From: Thermoplasmatota archaeon
GTDB lineage: Archaea > Thermoplasmatota > E2 > JACPAO01 > JAHFTW01
Length of the DNA stretch: 64,000 bases
NCBI GenBank assembly: GCA_041601615.1
Contig: JBFIHX010000012.1
Coordinates: forward strand, 1-64,000
Direction: 5' to 3'
A program made the translations under genes and the position numbers. Positions 45,072 through 55,179 of this stretch are shown one piece after another (the stretch's first letter is position 1; every line of letters begins with the position of its first letter). Below the pieces are notes generated by a model that did not search any database, was not told the origin of the DNA, and was given only the letters and a program-made list of their open reading frames with translations.

Positions 45072-46009
45072 AGCAAGGCCTCCAGTCGGTGGAGCCGTCG
45101 GTGCGTGAGCCACAAGGCGAGGATGGAGGTGCCGAGCATGAGCGCGTAGACGAGGGTCATGGAGAGGCCAAGTTGGGCGTAGTGTTCGGGTGGCGGCGGG
45201 GTGTAGTGGCGTCCGTCGGGGCCGAGGTATCGGATGCGGTCGTGGTAGTAGACTTGGAAGGGCAATTCAAACAGGAGGGTTAGCCAGCCAATGGGGCCCC
45301 AGATGAATTTCAGGGAGGAGTCGGCGAGGATGCTGGCGCTGGTTCCAAGCAGGCTCCAGGCGCCGACGATGATGGCGAATCCCATGGCGGCGTGCCAGGT
45401 GCGGCGGGTGTGGGCGCTCACTACGAGTACGATGGCGGTAATCCACAGCAGCATGACCAGTAGGCCTGGTATGGCGACGGTGAGTGCGTGCAGGGCGTCG
45501 GTGCCTGTGGCGATTTCGTTGTGGTATTCGATGCCGGATTGGGGGCCGACGCGAATCAAGAGTCCGAGCAACAGCAGGAGGGCGACGGGGACAAAGGAGA
45601 TGGCAAGCAGCACGCCAGCCAAGAAGAACAGTTTGCCGCGAAAGTAGGTGCCGGGGCGCAGGGGTCGACTGAAGTAGAACAGGGGTGCGTTGTAGCGGAG
45701 GTCTTCGGCAAACAGGGGCGCGCCGACGAGGAGGGCAAAGAGGAGCGCGGGAAGAAGCGATAGGAAGCTGGCGCCGACGATGATGTCGCTTCCTTGGAAG
45801 TACATGGGGTAGATTGGATTGGTCCAGGCTGCAAGGTTGCCGCCGATGGCCACTAGGAGGAAGACGCCGATGATGACGAGTGGCGTTGCGGTGTACCAGG
45901 TGCGAAGCAGGGTGCGCAAGTGGTAGCGCACGAGGATGCTCCAGCCTGGGCGCGCTTCGGTGCTGGTTTCGGATTGCCAGGTCCGAAAGCGTCGCAGTTC
46001 GACGGTTAT
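45068..46009 (-). CDS. ABC-2 type permease
   Basis: FAEDLRYNAPLFYFSRPL; 6 TM; start is either ATA at 46009 overlapping the upstream TAA, or GTG at 45931. Confidence 0.82.
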   Translation of the reverse strand: MTVELRRFRTWQSETSTEARPGWSILVRYHLRTLLRTWYTATPLVIIGVFLLVAIGGNLAAWTNPIYPMYFQGSDIIVGASFLSLLPALLFALLVGAPLFAEDLRYNAPLFYFSRPLRPGTYFRGKLFFLAGVLLAISFVPVALLLLLGLLIRVGPQSGIEYHNEIATGTDALHALTVAIPGLLVMLLWITAIVLVVSAHTRRTWHAAMGFAIIVGAWSLLGTSASILADSSLKFIWGPIGWLTLLFELPFQVYYHDRIRYLGPDGRHYTPPPPEHYAQLGLSMTLVYALMLGTSILALWLTHRRLHRLEALL

Positions 46010-46920
46010 GCTTTCGCCTCCATATGGGCCAGGATCGCGTCTTCGACGCCGTGTTCCTCGGGGACGGCCTGCATCAGCAAGCAATCGTTGCGGCGGGCAA
46101 GAGCAAGCAGAGGTTGTGGGGCAGGGGCAAGGACGCGCAGGTCGTCGCCGAGGGCGATTTTGTAGCCGGCTGCTGTGCATGCTTCGGCAAAGTTCTCCGT
46201 GTCGCCCATGACGTCCACGCGGTACCAGGTTCCGCCTGCTCCGGTGGTGACGGTGCGGTGGCGTACTGCTTCCACGGCAGCAAGGCGGCCATCTCGGAGC
46301 ACCACGGCATCGGCGCAAACGGCTTCCACGTCGGGTAGGATGTGGGTGGAGAGGAGGACGCTGATTTCTTTCTCGGCAGCCACTTCTTCGATGAGTCGGA
46401 GCATAGTGCGGCGGCCACGCGGATCGAGGCCGTTGGTGGGTTCGTCGAGCACCAAGAGGCGCGGGGCGTGGACCAGTGCGGCGGCGAGTTTCATGCGTTG
46501 GCGCTGGCCGGTGCTCATGCGTGCGGGGTTGTGCAGGGCTTCTTCGCCCATGCCGACGGCGTGTAGGGCTTCGGCGGCGGCTTCGTGGGCGCGGCCGCGG
46601 GGAATGCCACAGAGTTCGGCGGCGAGCCGTACGGATTGGACGGCGTTGAGGCCAGGAACCACCACATCGTTTTCGGCCATGTAGCCGACGCGGCGACGGA
46701 TGGCAAGGCTCTGGGTTCGCACGTCGTAGCCCATCACTTTGGCTTCGCCGCCGGAGGGCGCTAGAAATCCAAGCAAGGTCTTGAGAAGCGTGGTTTTTCC
46801 GCTTCCATTCGGGCCCAACAAACCGTGAATTCCAGGTTCTAATGCAAGATCGATGGGTCCGACGCCTGCGCCGCCGGGAAACCGACGGCCAAAGCGGTGC
46901 AATGAAAGCAATGGTTCCAT
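46006..46920 (-). CDS. ABC transporter ATPase
   Basis: GPNGSGKTT, MSTGQRQR, LVLDEPTNGLDP. Confidence 0.93.
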   Translation of the reverse strand: MEPLLSLHRFGRRFPGGAGVGPIDLALEPGIHGLLGPNGSGKTTLLKTLLGFLAPSGGEAKVMGYDVRTQSLAIRRRVGYMAENDVVVPGLNAVQSVRLAAELCGIPRGRAHEAAAEALHAVGMGEEALHNPARMSTGQRQRMKLAAALVHAPRLLVLDEPTNGLDPRGRRTMLRLIEEVAAEKEISVLLSTHILPDVEAVCADAVVLRDGRLAAVEAVRHRTVTTGAGGTWYRVDVMGDTENFAEACTAAGYKIALGDDLRVLAPAPQPLLALARRNDCLLMQAVPEEHGVEDAILAHMEAKA

Positions 46921-47000
46921 GATGCACCAGAACCGCCTGAATTGAAAATCGTACTTGTCGCACCGCGCAAACCAAATCCCGGCGCGCCCCTGCTGCGGAC

Positions 47001-47501
47001 GTGCCCCATCCTCGCGTGGAGACTCGGCCCGCCCGTGGCCCCCACAACAGCCTCTGGACCGTCTACAAAGATGTGGGCTTCCTGCGCGTGGTTTGGAATA
47101 CGAGCTGGATTCTCATGGCCCGGTACGCACCAAGCTTTCGTCTCAAGAACTGGATGCTTCGAAGAACGGGGGCCAAAATTGGCAAGTTTGTGAGCTTCGG
47201 ATTCGAGGCCACCCTTGACATCCTGTATCCGCAGCGCGTGACCGTGGGCGACGATGCCATCATTGGCTATGACTCGACGATTCTGTGCCATGGCTACTTG
47301 CACGACCAGATCCAGTTGGGGGACGTAACGATCGGTGCGCGTGCCAGCATCGGCGCCAAGTGCCTCATTCTTCCGGGCGTGACCGTGGGCGAGGGTGCGG
47401 TCGTGGGTGGCGGCAGCGTCGTGACGCGAGATGTTCCGGCAGGAGAGTTCTGGGCGGGCGTTCCGGCGCGCAAAATGCGCGACTCTTTTGGCCAAACGTA
47501 G
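47001..47501 (+). CDS. Hexapeptide-repeat acyltransferase
   Basis: GAKIGK, VTIGARASIGAKCLILPGVTVGEGAVVGGGSVVTRDVP...GVPAR. Confidence 0.9.
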   Translation: MPHPRVETRPARGPHNSLWTVYKDVGFLRVVWNTSWILMARYAPSFRLKNWMLRRTGAKIGKFVSFGFEATLDILYPQRVTVGDDAIIGYDSTILCHGYLHDQIQLGDVTIGARASIGAKCLILPGVTVGEGAVVGGGSVVTRDVPAGEFWAGVPARKMRDSFGQT

Positions 47502-47644
47502 CCGCCTAATTGCACCCGGCGGGGCGCCAAAAAATGCCAACGAAGGAACATCAAGCCGCGTGCCAACAGAAGGGGGCGCCGGAAAATTGGATACTCGGGA
47601 ACCACTGGCGATGAATGAAAAACCCTGAGCGAAATGTTGGGCCG

Positions 47645-50500
47645 ATGCGCGTCCTTTCCATACTCCTTGCAGTCCTGTTGCTTCCTGCCGCATGGGCCAT
47701 GGGGGGCCACGACCCTGTTGAAGCGTGCGAACTGGACATTGCCCCGGTACACGCTGTGGATGACGGCCATACCCACTACCATCATGCGATGGCAGTCGGC
47801 GCCCACGCTCATGGAGACGAATGGTTTGCCGCCGACCACACACACGGCATGATGCACGGAGGCCACGACGAAGGAGGCCACATGGATGCCTGCGACCAAA
47901 CCGGTGTCCTGCGCATGTTCGGCGACATCAGCGCGATTCCCAAACTCAGGCTTACGGACGCAGTGGTTGGCACCGAACCCAGTGTCATTGTACGCAACGA
48001 AGGCTACGCCATTGACCCCCAGAAAGCCCAGAGCCTCCTGCACTTGCAAGGAGACGCAGCACTCGCCGCCAGTGGCTTCCCCGGCAGCGGCACCATGGCC
48101 GATCCGTACATCATCGAAGGCTACGCCATCAGCCAACGCCTCACACTCCAGGACACCGACGCTTGCGTGGTCGTTCGCAACAACGTGGTGGACGGCTCCT
48201 TCATCGAAGGGCCGCTCGTGGATCCCTTGGACCTCATCCGAACCCTCGACAACGTTGCGCTTGCCCGCGAAGCCCTCGACGCTGCCCGCGAAGCCGTAGG
48301 AGCGGCCGCCGACGCCCGCGCCTTGACCCTCGAAGACGTACACATCGCCCAAGCCGACTTGCAAGCCTGGCGCGACGCTCGTACCAGCTACCTCGACGCT
48401 GTATCCGCAGCCCGCGCCGCCCTCGACGCATGGAGCGAAGGCCGCGTGCCCTACCTCGACGACCTTGCCGCCGCCCGCGCCGACTTCGACGCCTGGAAAG
48501 ACGGACGCGTGCCGGTGGTCGACGACTTGGTGGCTGCCCGCGACGCACTCGGCACCAACAGCCAAGCCCTGACCGCGAACCAAGAACTCCTCCAGGCCCT
48601 ACGCGCCGACGCCCTTGCCCTGCGCGACGAAATGGCCATGCAAGCAGAAGTTCCAGAGCTTCCCGAAAACATCAACTCCTTCCTCAGCGAGGTCCGCGCC
48701 TCCGACGACGGCACCCTCGCCGACCTCCTCGACCAATTGCAGGAAGTCGCCGACCAAGTGGCCGCCGCCAAATCCGAACGCGCAGAGCTTCGCGCCGACC
48801 GCATCGAGCTTGTGGCCGCCCGCGACGACGCCACGACCGCGCTTGGCGCCTACGACGCGCCCCGCGACGAACTCAAAGCCGCCATCGTGGCCGCCCTCGA
48901 CGCCCGCAACCAATACGACGCCAGCCGCGACGCCCTCGTAGCCGCCCTCGACGCCGCCCGCGTCGACCAAGGCCTTCACGACGACCAAAAGGACGCCCTC
49001 GTGGCCGCCCTTGACGCCGCCCGCGCCATCGATGCCACCGCCCTGGAATCCCTGAGTGCTGCCCGCGCCGAGCGCGACCTTGCCCGCGAAGCCCTCGACG
49101 CTGCTCGCGCTGTGGCCGAGGAAGGTGAAATCATCTGGCTAGGAGAACTCTACGAAGACCTCGACGCCGTCGTGCAAGCAGCCCTTGAGGCCGCCCGGCG
49201 CCTCGTTGTCGAAGACGCACAACTTGTTCTGGACTGGAACGGGCCCTGTGTGCACGCCTACCACAACGTCGTGGACGACCTGCGCGTCAACCAAAACAAC
49301 GCACGCCTCGGATACGCCACCGGCGGGGTCATCGAAGACAACCGCATCTTCGACGTGGGCCAACTTCGCCACTACGACGGTGTCTTCCGCGACAACGAAA
49401 TCGGCGACCTCGCCCACTGGGAAGGCTTTCTCTCCGGCGAATCCCCCGCCAGCAGCCGGGCCGCCAACGTAGACGGCTTCAACCAAGGCCAACTCGTCAA
49501 CAACGCGTTCTACGGCTTCGTGGACCTCGACTTCCACGGCCACCACCACGGCACCGGCTTCTTCTCGCCCCACAGCCACTACCACGGCAACGACATGACC
49601 CGGCTCTACGGCGACGACGGGATGCTGATGCACGACCACACCTTCCGCTGGACCAGCGTCGTCTTTGCCAACAACATCGTCATCGACCCCGCCGGCCAGG
49701 GCCTACGCTACGAAGACCGCAACCACGCCGGCGACGACCGCCAAGCCAACTCCGAAAACGTCGAACAACTCAACGAAGCCCACCTACACAGAAGCATCAT
49801 CGAGCTGCAACGCAACACCGTCGTTGGCAGCCTCAGCGTAGACGTGTTCAACGCCGACGGCATCGACATCTGGAGCGACACCCTGACCCCCGTCCAATTC
49901 GACGTTCTGGGCCGCGTCGTGGACGCCGTGCTGCACCTAGGTGCTGATATCATCAACACCCACAGCGGCCGCAACGACGGCTGGCTGCGCATCGAAGACA
50001 ACCGCGTCCTCGACCCCAGCGGCGGCATGGGCGCCTACGAGATCCGCGACGCCAAAGAATTCGACCTCCGATTCGTCGGCAACCAAGCCGTCAGCATCGG
50101 ACACGGCGCCCGCCCCGGCGACCTCCACATCGGCGACCTACAGCAACTCGACCTAGAAGCCCTCAATTGGGGCGGCATGCAACACGAGGGCGACACAGGC
50201 CTCCTGCTTGCCCGCATCAAAGACGGCGAGGCAACCATCTGCCAAAACCGCCTCTCGGGCTTCGACGCCGGATTCGTCGCCAAAGACCGCATCATGGAAG
50301 ACGCAACCATCCGCACCTGCGCAGACAACAACTTCAGCGGCGACCCCTACACCGAGGTCCGCTTTACCGCGTACCCGAAACAAGAACCAGGACTAACCCA
50401 GCCGATTCAGGACGCCATCGAAGAAGTCGCAGGCGACGCGCCCGGCCACGCCGCCGAACCCGTCCTCGATGCAATAGACGCCGCTTCCTCCTCCCTCTAG
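47645..50500 (+). CDS. Large secreted His-rich protein with long coiled-coil insert and beta-helix-like C-terminus
   Basis: Signal peptide; His clusters; GSGTMADPYIIEG; ~300-aa Ala/Asp/Arg helical repeat; N/D-rich beta repeats. Confidence 0.85.
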   Translation: MRVLSILLAVLLLPAAWAMGGHDPVEACELDIAPVHAVDDGHTHYHHAMAVGAHAHGDEWFAADHTHGMMHGGHDEGGHMDACDQTGVLRMFGDISAIPKLRLTDAVVGTEPSVIVRNEGYAIDPQKAQSLLHLQGDAALAASGFPGSGTMADPYIIEGYAISQRLTLQDTDACVVVRNNVVDGSFIEGPLVDPLDLIRTLDNVALAREALDAAREAVGAAADARALTLEDVHIAQADLQAWRDARTSYLDAVSAARAALDAWSEGRVPYLDDLAAARADFDAWKDGRVPVVDDLVAARDALGTNSQALTANQELLQALRADALALRDEMAMQAEVPELPENINSFLSEVRASDDGTLADLLDQLQEVADQVAAAKSERAELRADRIELVAARDDATTALGAYDAPRDELKAAIVAALDARNQYDASRDALVAALDAARVDQGLHDDQKDALVAALDAARAIDATALESLSAARAERDLAREALDAARAVAEEGEIIWLGELYEDLDAVVQAALEAARRLVVEDAQLVLDWNGPCVHAYHNVVDDLRVNQNNARLGYATGGVIEDNRIFDVGQLRHYDGVFRDNEIGDLAHWEGFLSGESPASSRAANVDGFNQGQLVNNAFYGFVDLDFHGHHHGTGFFSPHSHYHGNDMTRLYGDDGMLMHDHTFRWTSVVFANNIVIDPAGQGLRYEDRNHAGDDRQANSENVEQLNEAHLHRSIIELQRNTVVGSLSVDVFNADGIDIWSDTLTPVQFDVLGRVVDAVLHLGADIINTHSGRNDGWLRIEDNRVLDPSGGMGAYEIRDAKEFDLRFVGNQAVSIGHGARPGDLHIGDLQQLDLEALNWGGMQHEGDTGLLLARIKDGEATICQNRLSGFDAGFVAKDRIMEDATIRTCADNNFSGDPYTEVRFTAYPKQEPGLTQPIQDAIEEVAGDAPGHAAEPVLDAIDAASSSL

Positions 50501-50691
50501 GGCTCCGAGTGTGTCGGGACCCCTTCTTCCGCCTTTTCCCGACTTTTTCCAATCGCAAATTTGGCAGCATCGCTTGGTTCAACAGTTGGGTATGTACTCG
50601 GTTGAGGAAAGCCGCAGCTGAAGGTGCCTTGGTCGGCGCGAAACTTGGAGCGTTCGTGCTATTCGTCGCGCAATCAATCCTAGCCGGACAA

Positions 50692-50940
50692 TCAATCCAT
50701 CATCCGAGTCACGCGAATCACGGAACCGGTGACCGCAAAAATCACGCGCTGCCGACCGACACGGAGCCGCTTCAGACCCATTGCATGGTCGCCTTCGAGC
50801 GCCTTGACCTCGAGGCTGTGCCTCTTACCCGTGGGATCTTCCCGCAACTGTTCAAGAGCGTCTCGCAGAAGCTTGCGCGGCCGAGGTGCAAGGGACCGAA
50901 AGAATGCCGTCGCGCCCTCATCTTCAAGAACCAGTTTCAC
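50692..50940 (-). CDS. RelE/ParE-like type II toxin
   Basis: 82 aa, basic; VKALEG...RLRVGRQRVIFAV; GTGA overlap with the antitoxin. Confidence 0.8.
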   Translation of the reverse strand: MKLVLEDEGATAFFRSLAPRPRKLLRDALEQLREDPTGKRHSLEVKALEGDHAMGLKRLRVGRQRVIFAVTGSVIRVTRMMD

Positions 50941-51131
50941 AAATCATCCAAGTCGGTCCAGGCGTACCGGCCAGGGTGCAGCAACTTGTCCTGCTCCGCC
51001 GCCAAAAAAGTCTGGCGGTCGGTAGCATCGAGGACCCGGTTGATGATGTCGTCATACGTCATCCCCGCCAAACCAAGGGCACGAATCCTGTCGCGCGTCC
51101 GGCCATCAACCTGAATGGTCGTCTTGGCCAT
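50937..51131 (-). CDS. RHH-like antitoxin
   Basis: KTTIQVDGRTRDRIRALG..GMTYDDIINRVLD; acidic tail. Confidence 0.8.
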   Translation of the reverse strand: MAKTTIQVDGRTRDRIRALGLAGMTYDDIINRVLDATDRQTFLAAEQDKLLHPGRYAWTDLDDL

Positions 51132-51213
51132 CAATCGTTATATGCGGCAATAGTGGCCATAGCGGTTGTATTGGGGGTCAACGGCCAAGTCAACATGAAT
51201 CAACGCGCCCCCT

Positions 51214-51714
51214 TCACCCTCTCCGCGCCGCCTCAATCCCATCAACCTCAATTTTCCCCATCTCCATCATCGCCTCAAACACCCGTTTCGCCGCTGCCGG
51301 ATCCGAATCAGCCAAGCCCTCCATGAGGGCGGTGGGCGTAATTTGCCAGTTCAATCCCCATCGGTCCTTGCACCAGCCGCAGGCACTTTCTTGGCCGCCG
51401 TTGGAGACGATTGCGTTCCAATAACGGTCTGTTTCGGCCTGGTCCTTTGTCGCGACCTGGAACGAGAAGGCCTGCGTGTGCGGGTATCCGGGGCCACCGT
51501 TCAAACCGAGACACGGGATGCCGAGCACCGTAAACTCCACCGTCAGAACATCGCCCTGTTTGCCTGATGGATAGTCTCCGGGTGCTCGAGTGACGGCGTG
51601 TACCTTGGAATCTGGGAAGGTCTCAGCGTAGAATCGAGCGGCAGCCTCCGCATCGCCATCAAACCACAGACAAATCGTATTTTTTGCAGGTTCCGCCATA
51701 TCCATCCGCTCCAT
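51214..51714 (-). CDS. VOC family protein (PhnB-like)
   Basis: ICLWFDGDAEAAARFY, LNGGP, DQAETDRYW, CGWCKDRWGLNWQI; start may be 51699. Confidence 0.92.
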   Translation of the reverse strand: MERMDMAEPAKNTICLWFDGDAEAAARFYAETFPDSKVHAVTRAPGDYPSGKQGDVLTVEFTVLGIPCLGLNGGPGYPHTQAFSFQVATKDQAETDRYWNAIVSNGGQESACGWCKDRWGLNWQITPTALMEGLADSDPAAAKRVFEAMMEMGKIEVDGIEAARRG

Positions 51715-51775
51715 GCGTGCAGGGTCATGGGCGGACTTGGACCTTAGCGATTCCTTTCAGCGGCTCGGCTGCGAA

Positions 51776-52171
51776 TTACACCGTCCGCACAATCCGCACC
51801 GCCGCCGCATCCAGGTCCGGCCCCGCAGCAAACGGCTCCAATTGCGACAGGAGCCCCGCAACATCGATGCCCCATTTTGTGGGCGCGTGCGGCGGCAAGC
51901 GCGCCAGGACGTTGTTGTAGTGGTTCTCCACCCCGCGCTCTACGCCCCGGGCGTACTGATGCAGCATCGCAGCCGCCATGATCAAGCCCTGCACGAACAA
52001 CTTGTCCTCCCCCTCCAAGCCCAGCCACAAATGCTCCCACGCCTCATGCGCATGCCAATGACGCCCCGCGTTGAACTCGTCCAAGCCCTCCGTCAAGAGC
52101 GGCGAGGACGCGGGGTCCTCAATGGGTGGGTGCTTCGGGTGGCGGCGAGCGTGACGAGTGAGGTCGGTCAT
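51776..52171 (-). CDS. DUF309 family protein
   Basis: GLDEFNAGRHWHAHEAWEHLW...VQGLI..AA..HQ. Confidence 0.88.
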   Translation of the reverse strand: MTDLTRHARRHPKHPPIEDPASSPLLTEGLDEFNAGRHWHAHEAWEHLWLGLEGEDKLFVQGLIMAAAMLHQYARGVERGVENHYNNVLARLPPHAPTKWGIDVAGLLSQLEPFAAGPDLDAAAVRIVRTV

Positions 52172-52282
52172 GTTCGGCTCCCCAAACCCCCGTAGGAGGA
52201 TTGGCGTTCATGTACCCTGCACAACGATTTCATCCAATCGCCGCCCCACACCCTCATAACCCGCACCTCCACTGGGCCGCTG

Positions 52283-54970
52283 ATGCGTGTTGGTGTAATC
52301 CTGGCGGCTTTGATGCTCGCCGTCTCCTTTTCTGGCTGCTTTGGCGGCAACGACAAAGCCCCGGCGGTCGTAGAAAATCCCAATTTTACCGGCGGCAACG
52401 ATACGACGACCCCGCCCGCCATCCAAAAACCAGTGATTCCGCCCTGCACCCTGGTGGCCGGCGACATCGCGTGGCCTGACTTGCCGGGGGCACCCAAACC
52501 CGCAACACCCCTGTCTGCGACCATCCAGCGCGACGCCTACGGAGTTCCGCACGTCTGGGCCGACGACCCATACTCCCTATGGTACGCCAATGGCTACGTC
52601 CAAGCCCAAGACCGCTTGTTTGAATTGGATCTGCTGCGCCACGTGGGTCGAGGCGATTCTGCGGCAGTCGTGGGCGCTGCCCAATTGGCCTCTGACGTGG
52701 AAGTGAACCGTGAATTGTACACCGAAGCCGAAATTGAAGCGCAATGGGACGCCGCTCCTTCGGCCGCTCGCGAGGTGCTCCAGGCCTTCAGCGACGGCGT
52801 CAATCGCTACATGGTCGAATCCGTGGTCCGTGGCGAACTGCCCGGCGAGTTTGCCGCCCTCGGCCACGCACCCGAACCATGGATTCCCCAGGACTCCATC
52901 GCGGTCATCGACTACCTCATCGGCTTCTTTGGCGTCGACGGCGGCCACGAATTGGGCAACCTACAGCGCCTTGGGCAACTCGAATCGACCCTCGGGCCCG
53001 AAGCCGCCTGGGACGCGCTCGGTGACCTTGTGTGGCTGCGCATCGACGACTCCTACACCACCATCAATCCCGCAGACCGCATCATGAATGGCTGCGAAGA
53101 CCCCTTGCCCCGCGCCGCAGCCGGCGCTCAGATTGCCTCCGCCGCAGCCGCCCAAGGCGCCACCGTGTTCGGAGCCGTCGGCCCTGGCGAAGTGGGCTTG
53201 CCACCGCCCCTAGCCATCGCCAGCCTCGAAGAGCGCGGCGCGGGCGTCTTTGCCGACTTCAAATGGGGCAGCAACGCCTTCCTTCTCGACGGCCAGCACA
53301 CCAACACCGGCAAACCCATCATGTGGGGCGCTCCGCAAATGGGCTACTACAAGCCCCCCGTGCCCTACCAAATCGGCTTGCACGGCGCCGGCTACGACGC
53401 GGTCGGCATCGGTGTCGCAGGAGCACCCGGCATCGTCATCGGACGCAACGCCGACATCGCATGGTCTGCCACCAGCGGCATCGAGGACATGACCGACATC
53501 GTCGAAGTGGACCTCACCGGCCCCCGCACCTACACATGGGATGGCAAAACCAAGCAAATGGACTGCTGGACCGTGACCCACAACACCGCGCCAGCCCCCG
53601 CCGACCTTGCTGCATTCCCGGACGTGGCGCCGCCCATGACCTACGAACAAGAAGTATGCCGCGCTGAGACCTGGCCCGTCATCGCCATCAACGAAGCCGC
53701 CGGCAAGGCCTGGTTCAAACGCTGGACCACACGCGGTGAAGAACTGCCCGGCGCCTTCATGTGGCTCGGAGTGGCGACCGCAACGAGTGCTGCGGACTTC
53801 CGCGAGCAAGTGGCGGACTTCCCGTTCACCTTCAACTTCCACGTCGCCGACATGCAAGGCATCCACTACATCCACACCGGCAACATCCCGCTGCGAGCAC
53901 CCGGATACGATCCGCGCCTCCCGACGCCCAGTGGCGAGGCGTTCCAGTGGCGAGGCGAGGCGTACACCCGCGAAATGGACACCTGGGCAACCAATCCCTC
54001 CACTGGCTACTTTGCCAACTGGAACAACGGCCCCGCTTACGGATGGCGCGCCGGCGACCAACGCGGCCTCTGGGGCCCCGTCCACCGCGTCCAGGCCGAA
54101 GACCGCGAAGTGCAAAAATTCCTTGCCGAACGAGGCAACCTCTCCCACAGCGACGTGGAAGAACTCAACTGGCGCGTCAGCCAAGTAGACAGCTTGGCCG
54201 GCCCTTTCTTGCCCTATCTAATCGCCGCGGCAATCCAGGCCGGTAGCACGGACGTGGCCGAGGCTCTCAGCGCGTGGCAGGCAGAGGGCATGCCCTGGCG
54301 CGACGACGACAAGGACGGCTTCTACGACGACGCAGCTCATGCAATCTGGGACGCCCTCTACGCCGAGCTCCTGGGTCTGCAAGCGGACGAACTTGGCACC
54401 TACAACCACGAACTCCAGCTCAACCCGCCCGAATCAAGCGACGCACACGCAGGAGACCACGGCCAACACAACAACCCGCTCCCAACGGTGCTCAAAGCGC
54501 TGCGCGGCTCCACTGCTCGCAACTGGTGCGACGACGCCGGAACCGCCACTGTCGAGACCTGTGACGATATGCTCGAAGCCGCAGTCCTTGCCGCCGTGGG
54601 ACAACTTCAGGCCTCGTACGGAATGGACCCCGCCGAGTGGCTCGCCCCCGTCCACCTCAGCGCATTCACCGCCATGGGTGCCTTCGACGCCGACGAAATG
54701 CCGATGGTCAACCGCGGATCCTGGGTACAAGTGGTCGCTATGGGAGAAGGCGGCAAAGGCGCCAGCAGTGCCATGCCTCCCGGCAACATCGGACGCATCA
54801 CCGCACCTGAGGCCGCGATCTGGGTCGGTGGTGGCGGCGAACCGGAGCGACTCACCCTCGAATTGGACATGTATTGGTCCGGCCGCTACAAGCCGTTCCC
54901 GCTGACCCGCGCCGAAGTGGACGCCGTGGCCGTCGAGACCTACGAACTCGCCGTGGTGTCGCCGCCTTGA
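52283..54970 (+). CDS. Penicillin acylase family (Ntn hydrolase S45) lipoprotein
   Basis: FSGC lipobox; RDAYGVPHV, GYVQAQDRLF; catalytic GSNA; ANWNN. Confidence 0.92.
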   Translation: MRVGVILAALMLAVSFSGCFGGNDKAPAVVENPNFTGGNDTTTPPAIQKPVIPPCTLVAGDIAWPDLPGAPKPATPLSATIQRDAYGVPHVWADDPYSLWYANGYVQAQDRLFELDLLRHVGRGDSAAVVGAAQLASDVEVNRELYTEAEIEAQWDAAPSAAREVLQAFSDGVNRYMVESVVRGELPGEFAALGHAPEPWIPQDSIAVIDYLIGFFGVDGGHELGNLQRLGQLESTLGPEAAWDALGDLVWLRIDDSYTTINPADRIMNGCEDPLPRAAAGAQIASAAAAQGATVFGAVGPGEVGLPPPLAIASLEERGAGVFADFKWGSNAFLLDGQHTNTGKPIMWGAPQMGYYKPPVPYQIGLHGAGYDAVGIGVAGAPGIVIGRNADIAWSATSGIEDMTDIVEVDLTGPRTYTWDGKTKQMDCWTVTHNTAPAPADLAAFPDVAPPMTYEQEVCRAETWPVIAINEAAGKAWFKRWTTRGEELPGAFMWLGVATATSAADFREQVADFPFTFNFHVADMQGIHYIHTGNIPLRAPGYDPRLPTPSGEAFQWRGEAYTREMDTWATNPSTGYFANWNNGPAYGWRAGDQRGLWGPVHRVQAEDREVQKFLAERGNLSHSDVEELNWRVSQVDSLAGPFLPYLIAAAIQAGSTDVAEALSAWQAEGMPWRDDDKDGFYDDAAHAIWDALYAELLGLQADELGTYNHELQLNPPESSDAHAGDHGQHNNPLPTVLKALRGSTARNWCDDAGTATVETCDDMLEAAVLAAVGQLQASYGMDPAEWLAPVHLSAFTAMGAFDADEMPMVNRGSWVQVVAMGEGGKGASSAMPPGNIGRITAPEAAIWVGGGGEPERLTLELDMYWSGRYKPFPLTRAEVDAVAVETYELAVVSPP

Positions 54971-55179
54971 CGTGGCAAGAAGAGCTCAAAGCGCAGGTGC
55001 CCCGCGCCGAGATTCCCGGGTTCCTGGCCGATCTACAAGCGCTCGTGGCAGCACTTCGCGAGCATCGGCCTTGGGAGCCGAGACTGACCATGACGCTGCG
55101 ACAACACCCCGCGCTCGTGCTCGGCTACATGACACCGGGGCCCGCCCGCGACAAAGTCGAAGCGGCGCTCAGAGGGTAG
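54967..55179 (+). CDS. Small hypothetical protein
   Basis: TTG overlaps the acylase TGA; 70 aa. Confidence 0.55.
   Translation: MTWQEELKAQVPRAEIPGFLADLQALVAALREHRPWEPRLTMTLRQHPALVLGYMTPGPARDKVEAALRG

Noticed and set aside
50671-50698. CAATCAATCC direct repeat at the relE end as an attachment site or target duplication
   Set aside because: Both copies are on the same side of the TA pair and no integrase or transposase is present
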